Position numbers and translations under genes: made by a program. From a virus, in IMG/VR virus record IMGVR_UViG_3300020378_001929, positions 18,531 through 82,530 of that record: a stretch of DNA of 64,000 bases; one strand, 5' to 3'. The notes below the pieces were generated by a model that saw only the letters and a list, made by a program, of their open reading frames with translations, made no database searches and was not told the origin of the DNA. Shown piece after piece: positions 26,457 through 38,400 of this stretch; positions within the stretch are counted from its first letter, which is position 1, and each line of letters begins with the position of its first letter.

Positions 26457-29400
26457 TTAATCATCTTGCTCACCAGGATCTGGAAACGTCCCAAATGGCG
26501 AAGCTGAATTTTCGTCATCACAATTTGAGATATTTGCATTGGATGGAGCATCTTGTTGTTCATCAAGAGTGCAGGATCTGAATCTTTTATCTCCAGCAAG
26601 CTCTGGAGTTGATAGTGCCAAAACAGTAAATGGAGTCAAGCTATGTCCATATCTTTGTAGGTTCCATGGTGAGTTTTCTGACGGCCATGATTCTTCGACG
26701 TCGCGACAAGGGATTGATAAACTGAAGTTTCCATCTACAATCGATACAGGTCCCTTTATAATATATCCCGTAAGACGTTCAATGGCGCGACCGAGAGGCT
26801 TATAATCAAAACTGGAGAATAATTTTGCTACCCCATATGGCACATCTACTATTGGTCCTACCAATATTGAAGAGTATTTGCCGTCTTTCGTTCCGGATCT
26901 GGGCGCTGTTCCGTGGAGACCGGCTGTCATGTTTCGCCGGCGAACGGTTGGTCCATATTGCAAACCTTCCATCGTTAACTTATTTATATCGCAATTGTTG
27001 TAGTGACCTTTCATTTCTTTGTAAGCAGGATCAACAACGTTTGCAATTCCCCTAAAAAACAGAGACGGGAACTGCAGGAATAACTGCTTAAGCAGTTCTT
27101 TAAACTGTTTTGTAAAATCTGCAGGAAAAGGAAAATCAAAACAATCTATCGCGTTTAGGTCCGATGAGTTGCTATTCATTATCTGTTTTAAGAACTCGGC
27201 TTTGCTTAGATTGTTAACTGCCTCTATCCCTTGTTTTTGGTTTATTCCAGCGATGCTCAATAAAGCCGCGAGACTTGCTTTTGGAGTATCAATAAAATTC
27301 GACAAATCACCGTAACTGGAAAACGCGGAAGTTATAAACGCTGTGGAGACGGCTTGGTATCTCTTTACCGGATATATGTATTGAAACAATTGTTTCGCTT
27401 CCGGTGATTCGATTAGTTGCTCTGTCATCCAGGGCTGAAGGCGTTTATAACTTTCCCTGAAGGCGTTTAAATCTATGCAGTCATTCACTCCCTCGCCAAA
27501 ATCACTGATTACTTTTTTATATTCTGCAATTGGTACTGAAAAATACTTGTTTTGTTCCCCTTCCATCAGAAAACTTCTATATTCTTCTGACACTTCTTGG
27601 ATTGGACTTTCTTTATCTAGTAAAAATCTATTGTATCTACCTTCTTCACTGTCGTCATCTGCTGACAAATGTAAAACACTATTAGAGACTAGTCTTGCTA
27701 TTTGCGTGAGCTTAGAAGATCCCATAATATCTTTTACAACTTGACTATTTATAATCCCAATTGATACAAAATTATCTCCAAATAGTCGGTTATTGATACC
27801 TGTGTAACCTTCAAATGCTGTTGTCCAGTCTTCTTTTAATTTTCTTACAGTCGCAGCATGATTTCGAAGAACGTTGTCTTTGGTCCGGACCAGATTTGAT
27901 ATGTCATTACAATATATCCTAGGCATTAGATAGTTGTAATAATCTTTTATCGTTTCGAAGCTTCGTACTCGGAGAGTCTCATTTCGTCGGATTCTGTCGT
28001 TTAGAAACTTCAACTTTGCAGCGTCATTGATTCCAACATTAAAAATATTTTCGAACATGCGCTCGTCAAAGAAGATCAAATAATCTTCTACTTTCCCGTT
28101 CCAAATTCTGTAGTTTCTTGGAGATACAAAAGAGAAAGGTCCAGTACTTTTAGCTATCTTAGATATGGTGGTAGAATTTCCGAGAGGTCCTATTCCCAGG
28201 TCTGATTCTTCTAATTCCCTTCTGGAATCTATCATCAACCCTTCTATGTGATATGAACTAAGAGCATCTCTGAATAATGCACTGTATATTTCCGGGATGT
28301 CTTCTCTTCCCCAAAAGTCGGGATTTAATAACTTATCCAATATAAGATTGTTGTATTGTCCTTGCCGTGGGGCATTTGCATTTCCTAACTCATAATTTGG
28401 ATCATAAAATTCATGATAAAATTCATTTGCTTGTTCAATGATAAAGTCTAGTGAAGTAGGGACCCTATCCAGCGTGTTTCGATCTAGTAAATTCTCGTTA
28501 TTCAGGTACTCACTTTTTAACCTGTTCCAATATTCAAGCGGTGAACGTCCGTCTTCCCTGACTCCGGTGACCATATTCCGGCGGTTTTCTCCTAAAGTAA
28601 CAATGGAGTCCAAATTCGATGCCGCGCGTACGCCGTGACGTCGAGAGAAATATCCACCGGACGGAGCGACCCATTTAGCGGGGCGCCCGCCTGAATTGTT
28701 GTACCTAAACAGAAAATCTGTAGAGGGGAATTCTTGGACGGCGCGCGCAAAGGATATTTCTGGCTTTCTGCAAACTAAGGCGGCGATGAACCAAAGGCAT
28801 GCTGCTGCCCAGTCTGCCTGGTAACTGTCGCCTGACCGATTATAATCATTTCTTGTAAAAGATCTGTCACGGTTTGGTATAAACAGTGTCCCACCCTCAC
28901 GGTAAGGCTCGTCCGCGGTGATTCGTCGATTGAAGCTTCCGCCGGAGAAACCTGCTACTTGACTCGAAAAATTATAAGACGACACCATCCAAAGCAGTCC
29001 CAGTAGCTGCTGAGGAGAATAAGGATCTGCAGGCCCTGCATACTCTTTAAGATACCTAATAAATCGCTTAACTACAGAAAGGCGATAGGGCGCCTCGATG
29101 CGGTGTGAATTATCTCTTGTTGCCTCGGATTTTAAAGTAAAAGATGACTGGTATATTGCTAAATCACAAAGTCTCGTGACAAAATGGTCTACGAAATCTA
29201 TAGCTTCCAAAAGCAATTCGACGTTGATGTTGAGTCCTTGATAATTATTTTTAAATACCTGTACACCTTCAAAATTAAAGCTTGGCCAATAATTTTCATT
29301 CTCGTATGTATCTGGGTTAATATTTTCATAAAATAGCGCATTATTCTCTGGGTCTTTTTTCAATATACTTAATATAGTGTTTGTGTTTTGAGTGTTGTAA

Positions 29401-32400
29401 AAGCCATCCATATCAAATAAAATATCTGGGGCTCCTTGAATTAATGGTCCGCCGCGGTTTGTTATACCAAGAGGCTCTCCATCTGGAAAGTGCGAGTCGA
29501 TTAACACTCTTTGTACACATGATTTTATAAAGTTTGAAAGATCTACAAGACTAAAGGTATTATCTGCATAAAACAGTGAAGCTCCGGCGTTCTTAAAATT
29601 GAAAGTCTCTAGGGTATTATAATTAACCAAAGACTCTCCTAGCCCGTCTGATATTAGCCCTTCTTGTTGCGATGGAGTAAAATGATCTGTTCCGAAGTAG
29701 TTCCAATTTCTTAAGTCAGTCACTTGTAATGGTTGATAGGTTTCTGCTCCATTTGAAAGATACGGATTTCCTTCTGTCGCAATTGAGCTAATATCGTTTT
29801 CTACCCCAGGACGAAGAGTCACAAAGCCTGGTTGCCTGTGTATCTCATCAAAATTATTTCCGCTCTTAAACCCGTCGACACCTTGGGTGCCACTATCGTA
29901 CGAGCCTCTATTTTTCCGAGGGAGAGTCGCAGATGCCCATCTGGTGAATGCGTATCCATATCGAGTTGCGACGGTGTCATAAGTTGGGTCATTGCGATTG
30001 GCACTGCCGCCGATTCGGTGAACATTTTCATGAAAATAATAACTTGTTGACAGCGGGTATTTTTGAGTACTACCGCCTGCCATTGGGCGAGGAGAGGTGC
30101 GAGAGAGGTGTCCCCAAAGTGTGTTTCTTTGTCTGCCTTTCAAGTACCAATTAAAAATATTAGACAAGTTGTGAATCACTCTTAGCGTTCCAACCTTAGA
30201 CCTGGATTGTCCTCTAAAGATCCCTTCTTCGCGGGTCGCATAAAACAGGTTTACAGACTGCATATGATGTCTATAGTCTCTTCTTGTGTCTTCAAAGTAT
30301 TTCTCTTTTGACGAAAATGATGACTGCGGAGTAAAAACTGGTCCTAGCTGAAAGTCTGCTTCGCGAGTTAAAAGCTGCCCTCTATCAAGAAATAAATCAT
30401 CTAGTTCTTGTACTGAGTTATAAGATGCTTTTTTTGTCTCGTTTTCAAAAACTCTAGAATAAATCCTTTCTATCGATGAGTAGTAAGAGCTTCCACCTAA
30501 TTCATAATTTGATTCGTTTCGTACTCCAGAACCGTGAGATCGCGTGAAATCTGTTGAGAATTCTGGGACGTCCCCGTAAAGTTCTTTAAGCCTTTCCATA
30601 TTTTCTGTCTCGCCAACAACCAGTCTTCTAGATCTTGCCCTTTGTATAAAATACACGTACTCATTGACGATCTCTCTCAATGCTTCGTGAAGTTTTTCCA
30701 TATTTTCAGTGAAGCCATCACCGGGCAACTTGTTTATGTTCCTTATGTACTCCGGTGGTACCACCTTGCAATAGACTCTTTCTGGAAGGTTGTCTCCTGT
30801 GAATATCTTAGTTATGAGGACGCGTATCGGGATCTTGTACATGTTTGGGGGTAACAAGTCTTCTCCAGAAGGAGGGATCCCGCTTTCTATATCAGACACT
30901 GAATGGTTAATCACCAATCTCTTAGACTGCTGCCTTGCCTCCTCTATTTCTTCTCCATCGAGTCTATCTAAATTTAGAAAACTAGCGTTGAGAGACGACT
31001 GTTTTTCATCAATTAACCAAAACTTTGTCATCTCCCTATTTGTATGAGGGTCAATCCCCATGGGGCGGGCAAGATAAACATCAGCCGGACCTTCTTGATC
31101 TGACTCTCTAAGGTAAAAAACTCTTCCATATTGAGTTAGTTTAGGATCAGCTGTTCCCTTATTTTGGTCCAAGAAAGCGTTTCGGAACGCTCCAGGCTGA
31201 TACAAACTATCAATGACTGTCTCCAGGTTATCAAAAGAGTTTTTTAATCTAGGAGACAAATTTGGATCAAAGTTTAAAACTGCAGGGTCGAAAGTTTCGC
31301 CTATCGTAAACGATCCGTGCAAGCCAGCTATTATTGAAGCCGAGTCACTAAACTCAAATACTGTCTCTACCCAGGTCTCTTCTTGTCCGTTTTCAAACCT
31401 ATCTTTTATCCTTTCGAACTCAGTTTCGTTTTCAACAATGCCGATTGGATTTTCAAATATAACAGTTGGGACTGAATCCGACCTGTATTTATGAGTCAAA
31501 ATATCATTACTTTGTCTCTCAGGGGTTTCTTCGATATCCTCGATGGACATCCCTCTGCCATAGTCATAGCGGCTTTGCATGTTTGTTGCGGCGATAGCTC
31601 TAGGTTGCAATGGCTTCTCTTGGGGGTCATCGTCAAGATAAGTAGTTGTAGTTGGCAAACTAAAATTGGGTTGTTCACCTGATGTGTTTGAGACTCCTAT
31701 CCTTGAAAAATCTAAAACTTTGTCCATAAATCGACCATCATTTGGAGCTTGATATACATTATATCCCTGGCTTTCTAGCCATAAAAAGTCCTCTCCATTA
31801 GATGGAAGCACATAATACTTGTTTTCGTCTTCTCTTGTTTTCGCGATGTAGTTGGTAAAATTGTTGTAATATGAATTAACAAGCGACCCGTTTGGTTCAA
31901 AAAACTCATCAGCATAGCCCAAGTCATTTGCAAAATCTTGAAAATTAATTACTGAGTCTGCGTACACCTTTCCATTTAGCAAGGTGGAATTGTTGTGAGA
32001 AACTATATCTTGTGTAAATTTTATTATTCTTCTCTTTTTCGTTATAAAGCGTGTTGGTGTTCGGCGTATTGTTTCAGGAAAACCTTCTGCTTCCTCAAGC
32101 TGAGTGTTTTTTAATTCACCTCCTGGAGCGTCGGGATCTTCGTCATAGTGCATTAATCCTCGATAGTGTAATGCGATCTTTTTAAGATCATCTGAGTTTA
32201 GAGAACCGTTGAGACCATCTATAAAGTCGTCGATATGGTATATCTCATGCTCAGTGTTTAAATCTGAAGACGATTCAGCACTGGCTCCAAGAGCGAATGG
32301 GTTATCTTCATCTCGGGGTGGGATTTCAGGTCGCACTGTAAAGGTGTAATCAAGAGGATTCACTGGGTCTAGGTTTGTTCTGTTAAACGCATCTCCGATG

Positions 32401-35400
32401 TTTAGCAAATCTTCAAATCGAGTTGAATTATTCGCGGTGCGAGCAAGTACGGATCGGTTTATTGCAAGGTCAGCCGAAGCATTAACTATTCCCGACACCA
32501 GGGCGCCGCCCGGAAGAATTAGGTTCTCTATTCTAGCTAGTGGTCCTTCAGCTTCAATGCAGTGTTCGATGTGGAAGAATGGGTGATTTCCATTCAGGAG
32601 ATTCTGTGCGTAAGTTGCTGGGTCTCTGACCGTACTATAATCATCTTCCTCTGTTATAATTTGTGAAGTTTCCAACAAGGGGTGGCGCCAGTATATTTTA
32701 TCCGTCGCGATTCTTGCGTCTTCGGCAACGTTCGCCTCTTCTATTCGAGTAGTGCCATCAGGATCAAGGATAACCCGGGTACCAACAGTTCTTATATTAT
32801 AGGGATTGCTATCGCCGGCGACGGATGCAATAAACCTAGAAACCTCGACTTGAGGGATGAAATATTTTATAAACCAATTATAATAGTCTGCGCGAGTCTC
32901 GTTTTGATATATCTTTTTTGATATTCCCTGAACCTTTAACATCTGCTTTTGCACGATGTCTTTTAGTGCAAACAGAGGTTGATTTATCCCTGTTATTCTT
33001 GAGGCTGTAGATTTCCAATCTTTGCTTAGAGAAGGGTGTCTATTTATTTCTTTTTCTACGAACCGAAAAAAGAAGTCCTTAGTAAAAGGTTCGTCAGCGA
33101 TGCTCTCCATGTCCCACACTGAGTATGCCACTGCTCCCTTGAGCACTAACTCAACTATACATATCCTTATGAATCCTATCAAGCAAACGTTTTGCACCGC
33201 TTTTTGTATAGGTCCTATATCATCGAAGTCTATGTTATATGGATCATTTTCTGGTTTTGCTAATTCTCTATTTATTTGATTATCTAGCTCGTCTGTTACT
33301 ATTTTTTCAAAAGCCAAAATTCCAAATTGAGAGATGTTGTATCTATTTCTATAACACTGGGATCCATCGGCTAGTATGTCCACATGAGCGTCGCCTGAGA
33401 CTCGCGCGTTTAAACCAGGGTAGTATCCCTCTTCATCAAAGAGTCTAGAATTACTCAAAGAAAAGAATATTTGTTCAAAAATTCCTTCGGAAAATCTCTT
33501 GCTTTCCGTCTCATAAACATGGTTTGATAGAAAATTATCCAAATATCCATTTAATATCTCTCTTTTTTCTAAGTGCCGCTGCTCACCTCGATTGACACCC
33601 TGGTAAGGTCCATATATTTTTTCTACCTTTCTTTTTACATTTTTCCACAGTGTGCGAGCATACAATTCTTTCCTAGTATAAATGCCAGGTGGTATATCTG
33701 ATAAGCCAGATTCGTAAATTTCTTGATTTTGTCTCTGTTCTTCTGTTAAGGTTTCGACATCTAAACCCGGTCCAGGGATCTTGTCACAATACTCAAACGT
33801 CTGTTCTCTTTCAAATAACCCACCGGGAGTAATAACTATAGTATATGGATCAAATTTATTTGTAGCAGAAGTACTCTTAAACTCGTTGAGGCTTACAGAA
33901 GTGGAAATTCCTCTTTGTGGCATCCTCAAGGTCAGCACTTCTCTACTTGTATCAGCATTGTTAGAGACTCTATTTACCGTAACAACTTCTTGACCCAAAG
34001 AAGATGGGGAGTTTGCTGTTGACCTCTCTCTCTGATTTTCGAATGAGGCATTCAAGACATCCTTTATTTGTTTTAAATAAGTTCTTCCGCTTATTGGTCT
34101 TGAGATGCTTTCTACCTTAGATTGTAGGCTAGCTTGCAAAAAAGCAATTCTAGATTGTATTCTGTCATTTATAAATGCAAGTCTGGCTCCGGCGGCATCG
34201 ATACCGTTGCCTTCAGAGTACTCTGATAGCTTATATGCCGGCACAAAAGAAAAATCTTTTAAATGCGAGTTTTCGGATCCGAGACTTCTTTTCATGGTAT
34301 TAAGAGATATTACGCCTGTTTCGCGCAGATCTTCTGGGAAATTTTCAACTCCTGAGTCTTCAGACTCATAGTAAAACAGATTCTCGCTAAAACCTACTGG
34401 CTTTAAAAAAATCATAGATGGATCAATGCTAGACAGTTGTCGAGAGTTCTCTATTGCGACAAAGTTAGACGCTATTCCAGATCCGGGGGGCTTGGTTACG
34501 CTTCCAAAGAAGGGTGGGACGTAATAGGCCGGATATGTTGCTCCTTGTATTTTTCTCACTTCATACACTTGATATAACGCATTAAGTTGCGCCGTCAGCT
34601 TTTCTAAAACAGTGCCATCGGCAAACTCGCCTATCATTGCATATATTTTTAAATTTTGCAGTATTGTCTGAGCTTCAATAACTGAACGTTCATCATATTC
34701 TGGATCTCCGGGGACTGGCATACGAGTGTCCTGAATGTATAAAGAAGGTCCAAAATTCATCAACGAACTCACGTAGCTGACATGAGCAGGGGTAAATATC
34801 GATTTTGCTGTTTCCACAACCTGTGATGACAGCGCTGGAGGAAGATTGTTCATTAGCGCATCAGGGTTTCCAAAGTCTAAAATTTTAGGAAGAACCCCGT
34901 TTAGCCCCTCTCTCCCCAGGACCTCAAGAGCCTTAGCGTGGTCAATTAGATTCTTGTTGGCTAAGTCTACGGCTCTCTCTATCTCTTCGTCGGAAGCTTC
35001 GTTTGCCAGCATTTGTCTTCTGATTTGTGAAAGCAAGTCCGATGTTTCTTCGCAAGAAGAAGATCTAATAGTCGTAGTAGACCTATTTAGGTTTTCACAA
35101 AACTCTTCAGGAAGGAACAAGGAAATTGTTTGAAAAAATTGCCTTAAAGCATCCTCAGTGTCAACTTCTTGGATCCCCAACCTTGCAGCCAAAGATAATA
35201 TCATGTTCATTGTCGGCGCGTCAATTGGTCCGCCTTGTAGAATGCGACAGAATTCTTCACCAGTCAAGAAGAGTCCCATCTCGTCTATAAGTTGCTTTGA
35301 TTTTTCAACATTATCTGAACTTAGAGATAAATCCATCATCCCTTCAACTAATGCCTTCTTTATATCTCCAGTCGCCTCAGATGCCGATCCATAGAGTTGG

Positions 35401-38400
35401 TCTCTAAGTTGTTCTTCACAAAAAGGAAAATTAAGTATGTCGATCAGGGCTTTAGCGAAAGCGCACAAAAATTGCGTGAGTATTTTCATGAAAATTTCTT
35501 TTAAATTCTCGATCATATCCATCCACCAACCAAAGATCCGGATATCAATTGGGATATCAAAATTAAGATCTGGGATAGTAAAATTAAAGTTTGGCAACTT
35601 TAAGCATTTAACTAGATCACATAAAAGATTAAAAGGATTGATTCTATTGCCAAACGTTTCAAAAAATTGTTTTATCGTTATACATTGTTTACCGTATACC
35701 GCCAGATACTCGTCAACACCGAATTTAACATCAAGTTGAGAATCTAAATTGTTCAGTTTTTTGAACTCTTTCCATCTTTCGATTGGGTTTTCTATATTAT
35801 TGGTGACCCATCTATTAATTGGATTAAATTCTCCATCTGATGTTCCGGAGACACCTACCGTATGTTTAACAATGTAAGCCAACCCAGGCTTACCAAATCC
35901 GATGTCTTCACATGCTGGAAGGTTTGAAAAAATATTTCCAGCTGCCATTGAATCAACCTGTGCCAGATATCCGACTGTTCTTGAGTTTTTCAACGAAGGA
36001 ACGCTTTGAACCAACTTTTTTGTTGAGACTTTCTTTCCGCCGAAAGATGCAGATATAATCTTTAGACCCTTATTATCTTTTGACGTACCGAACCGAAAAT
36101 GTATACTAGAAGTCGTACCCAAAAATCCAGACATCGACATGTTGCCGGAGGTGTCGGAGCCGAAATCAAATGATGATGAGGCTGCACCGGTGTTCGTCTG
36201 CTTTGTTATAAAAGATCTTAGTTCAGGTATGATTGCCCTGAGTCTGGATGCTTCTGTGTTCCCGTTGAAATTTATTGGTGTTATGGACACTCCATCATCT
36301 TGAGCATTTTTAAAGGCTTTTTGTAATTTTTCCGCCGCTTGTTCAATGTCACTTGTTAGGTCATCCCAAGTTATTTTTAACTCTGATAGGTCTGATAGTT
36401 TAGGGTTTGAGACTCCGGCGATCTCATTCCTAGCAAAGACTCCGTCTTGACCGGAGTCCATCAACTCAGTAAGGGTATTTATTGCTTGTGTTGTTGATGC
36501 GTAAGATCCGTCGCCTCCAAAGTTTATCTCAGCGTTTCCAAAAACCCCTAGGTCAACTGTTGTTCTTTCTAATTTATTCTTGTTATTGTATTCTTCTATT
36601 ACACTCTCTCTTATGGATCGAGCGATTTCTCGTTTTCTTCTCGCTGCGAGGGCTCGATATTCTTGGTATCTCCTCTCTTGCTGCTCTTTGCTAAGTTGCT
36701 CACCCTCACAAGAAATTTTTGAATTTATTGAGTCCCTTAGAGATGAGTCTTGTTCATTTAAGTTGTTCGATGTTTCAGCTTCAGATAACAATTCTGCTGT
36801 GGCTTCATTGGTAGGAACAAAGGTGCCTGTTGTTATCAGATCTAGTTTCTGCCTATTTATAATAAACTTTGCTCTATAGAAATCACCCGGGCGCAACGAG
36901 GGAGTACGAAACTCTACAAACTTTATTAGTGGCGGACCAAACTCTTCTCTTTCTATGATTTTATAATTTTGTGCGCGCAGGAATAAGTTAACAGAAAGAT
37001 TTTCATCTTGAATTTTGGTGTCTGTAGTTAAAGCAAAGTGTGTTTGTGGACCATATGAGCCGTCATGATTCGGTGGTTCTGGAAATGTATTCGGACCGTA
37101 GATTTGCGAGAAATTTGCAGACTCAGGATTAAGAATCCAAACGTCGGGTTTATTGTAAAACTGCAGAACTTGAGTTAGTGCTAGGTCTTCTAATTCTGAT
37201 ACTATCGAAGTGTAATTTTCTAGCTCTTCCTCAGTTGGGTCGGCACCAAGTACAGGTGGCAATTCTTGAAGGGTGTAGTTGGTCTTATAAAAGTATCCTA
37301 TTCTTCTTAAGTCCACCTCAAATGGATCTGGGTCTATTAGGGGATCTGGTTCGAAAGCTCTGTGAAGAGCATCAGTATAATCGGAATCAGTCATCAGAGT
37401 AGACTCTTGGGGACGAGGATCAACTCGGCTTACCTCTACAAAAGCATCATAAAGCGGACTCTGAGTATCCTCTGGTATTATTCTATATTTTAAGGCTCCG
37501 AAATAAGACGACCTTATAACATACTCTTCATTGGCTTCGGTTTCTGAAAAATTTACTTCTTCTCTTGAGGAGACCTGCTCCTTGTATCTCTCTAGAAATT
37601 GACTCCCTTTGAAACTATCCCCCCTATAATCTGGTCGTTCTCTATGGATATATATTCTCGGCTCAAGCAAATCTGGTGTGTGTGGATCAACCTTTTGGGC
37701 TAAGAGACCTCTCATAAAAGAGTCCCACAATCCCCACAACACAATATCGTAGGCACCTTCTTGGTCTGAAAAAACTCTAGGATCGTGATGGTATGCCCTG
37801 TTTCCAACTCTTGTTCTAGGTCTCCAGCCGTGGAGAACCGCTAAAGTTGCCTCTCCTAAAGTACCAAACTCCAAGTCGAACATCCGGACTATTAAATTTA
37901 TTTGAGTTGATATATATTCACTGTTCAAATACTCGTCAACGCGATGAGCACCTTCGGCAGGGAGTCTTGGGATTTGACCAAATGCTGTCAAGCCTATAGC
38001 AAAACTATTCTCATCTTGTGAACCAGCTCGGAAATCACGAAGCTCTGATGCGAACGAGCGCTCTTTAACTTTGTTTAATTCTTCAAAAGTTTGGTTTACG
38101 GAAAATTTTGTAAACAAATAGCAAAGTATGTAAAACTGATTATCTAATTGAAACTTGGTTAGATGGGTTCTCATATTTTCATCGAAAGTTGCCGCTTCGA
38201 TTTGTGAGAGCTTTGTTCCCTCTATACAATCAAACCACCCATCTGTTGAATCTAGATCTGAACTTCTGTCATTTTCATCTATGAGCGACTCATAAGGCAC
38301 TATGGAGCCAAGTGCCTTTTTAACAATTAAAATATCCCTACCAATGTCACCAACTTTTCGTGGACCAAAGTCCACTTTATCAGAGTTGTTTTCACTTTCA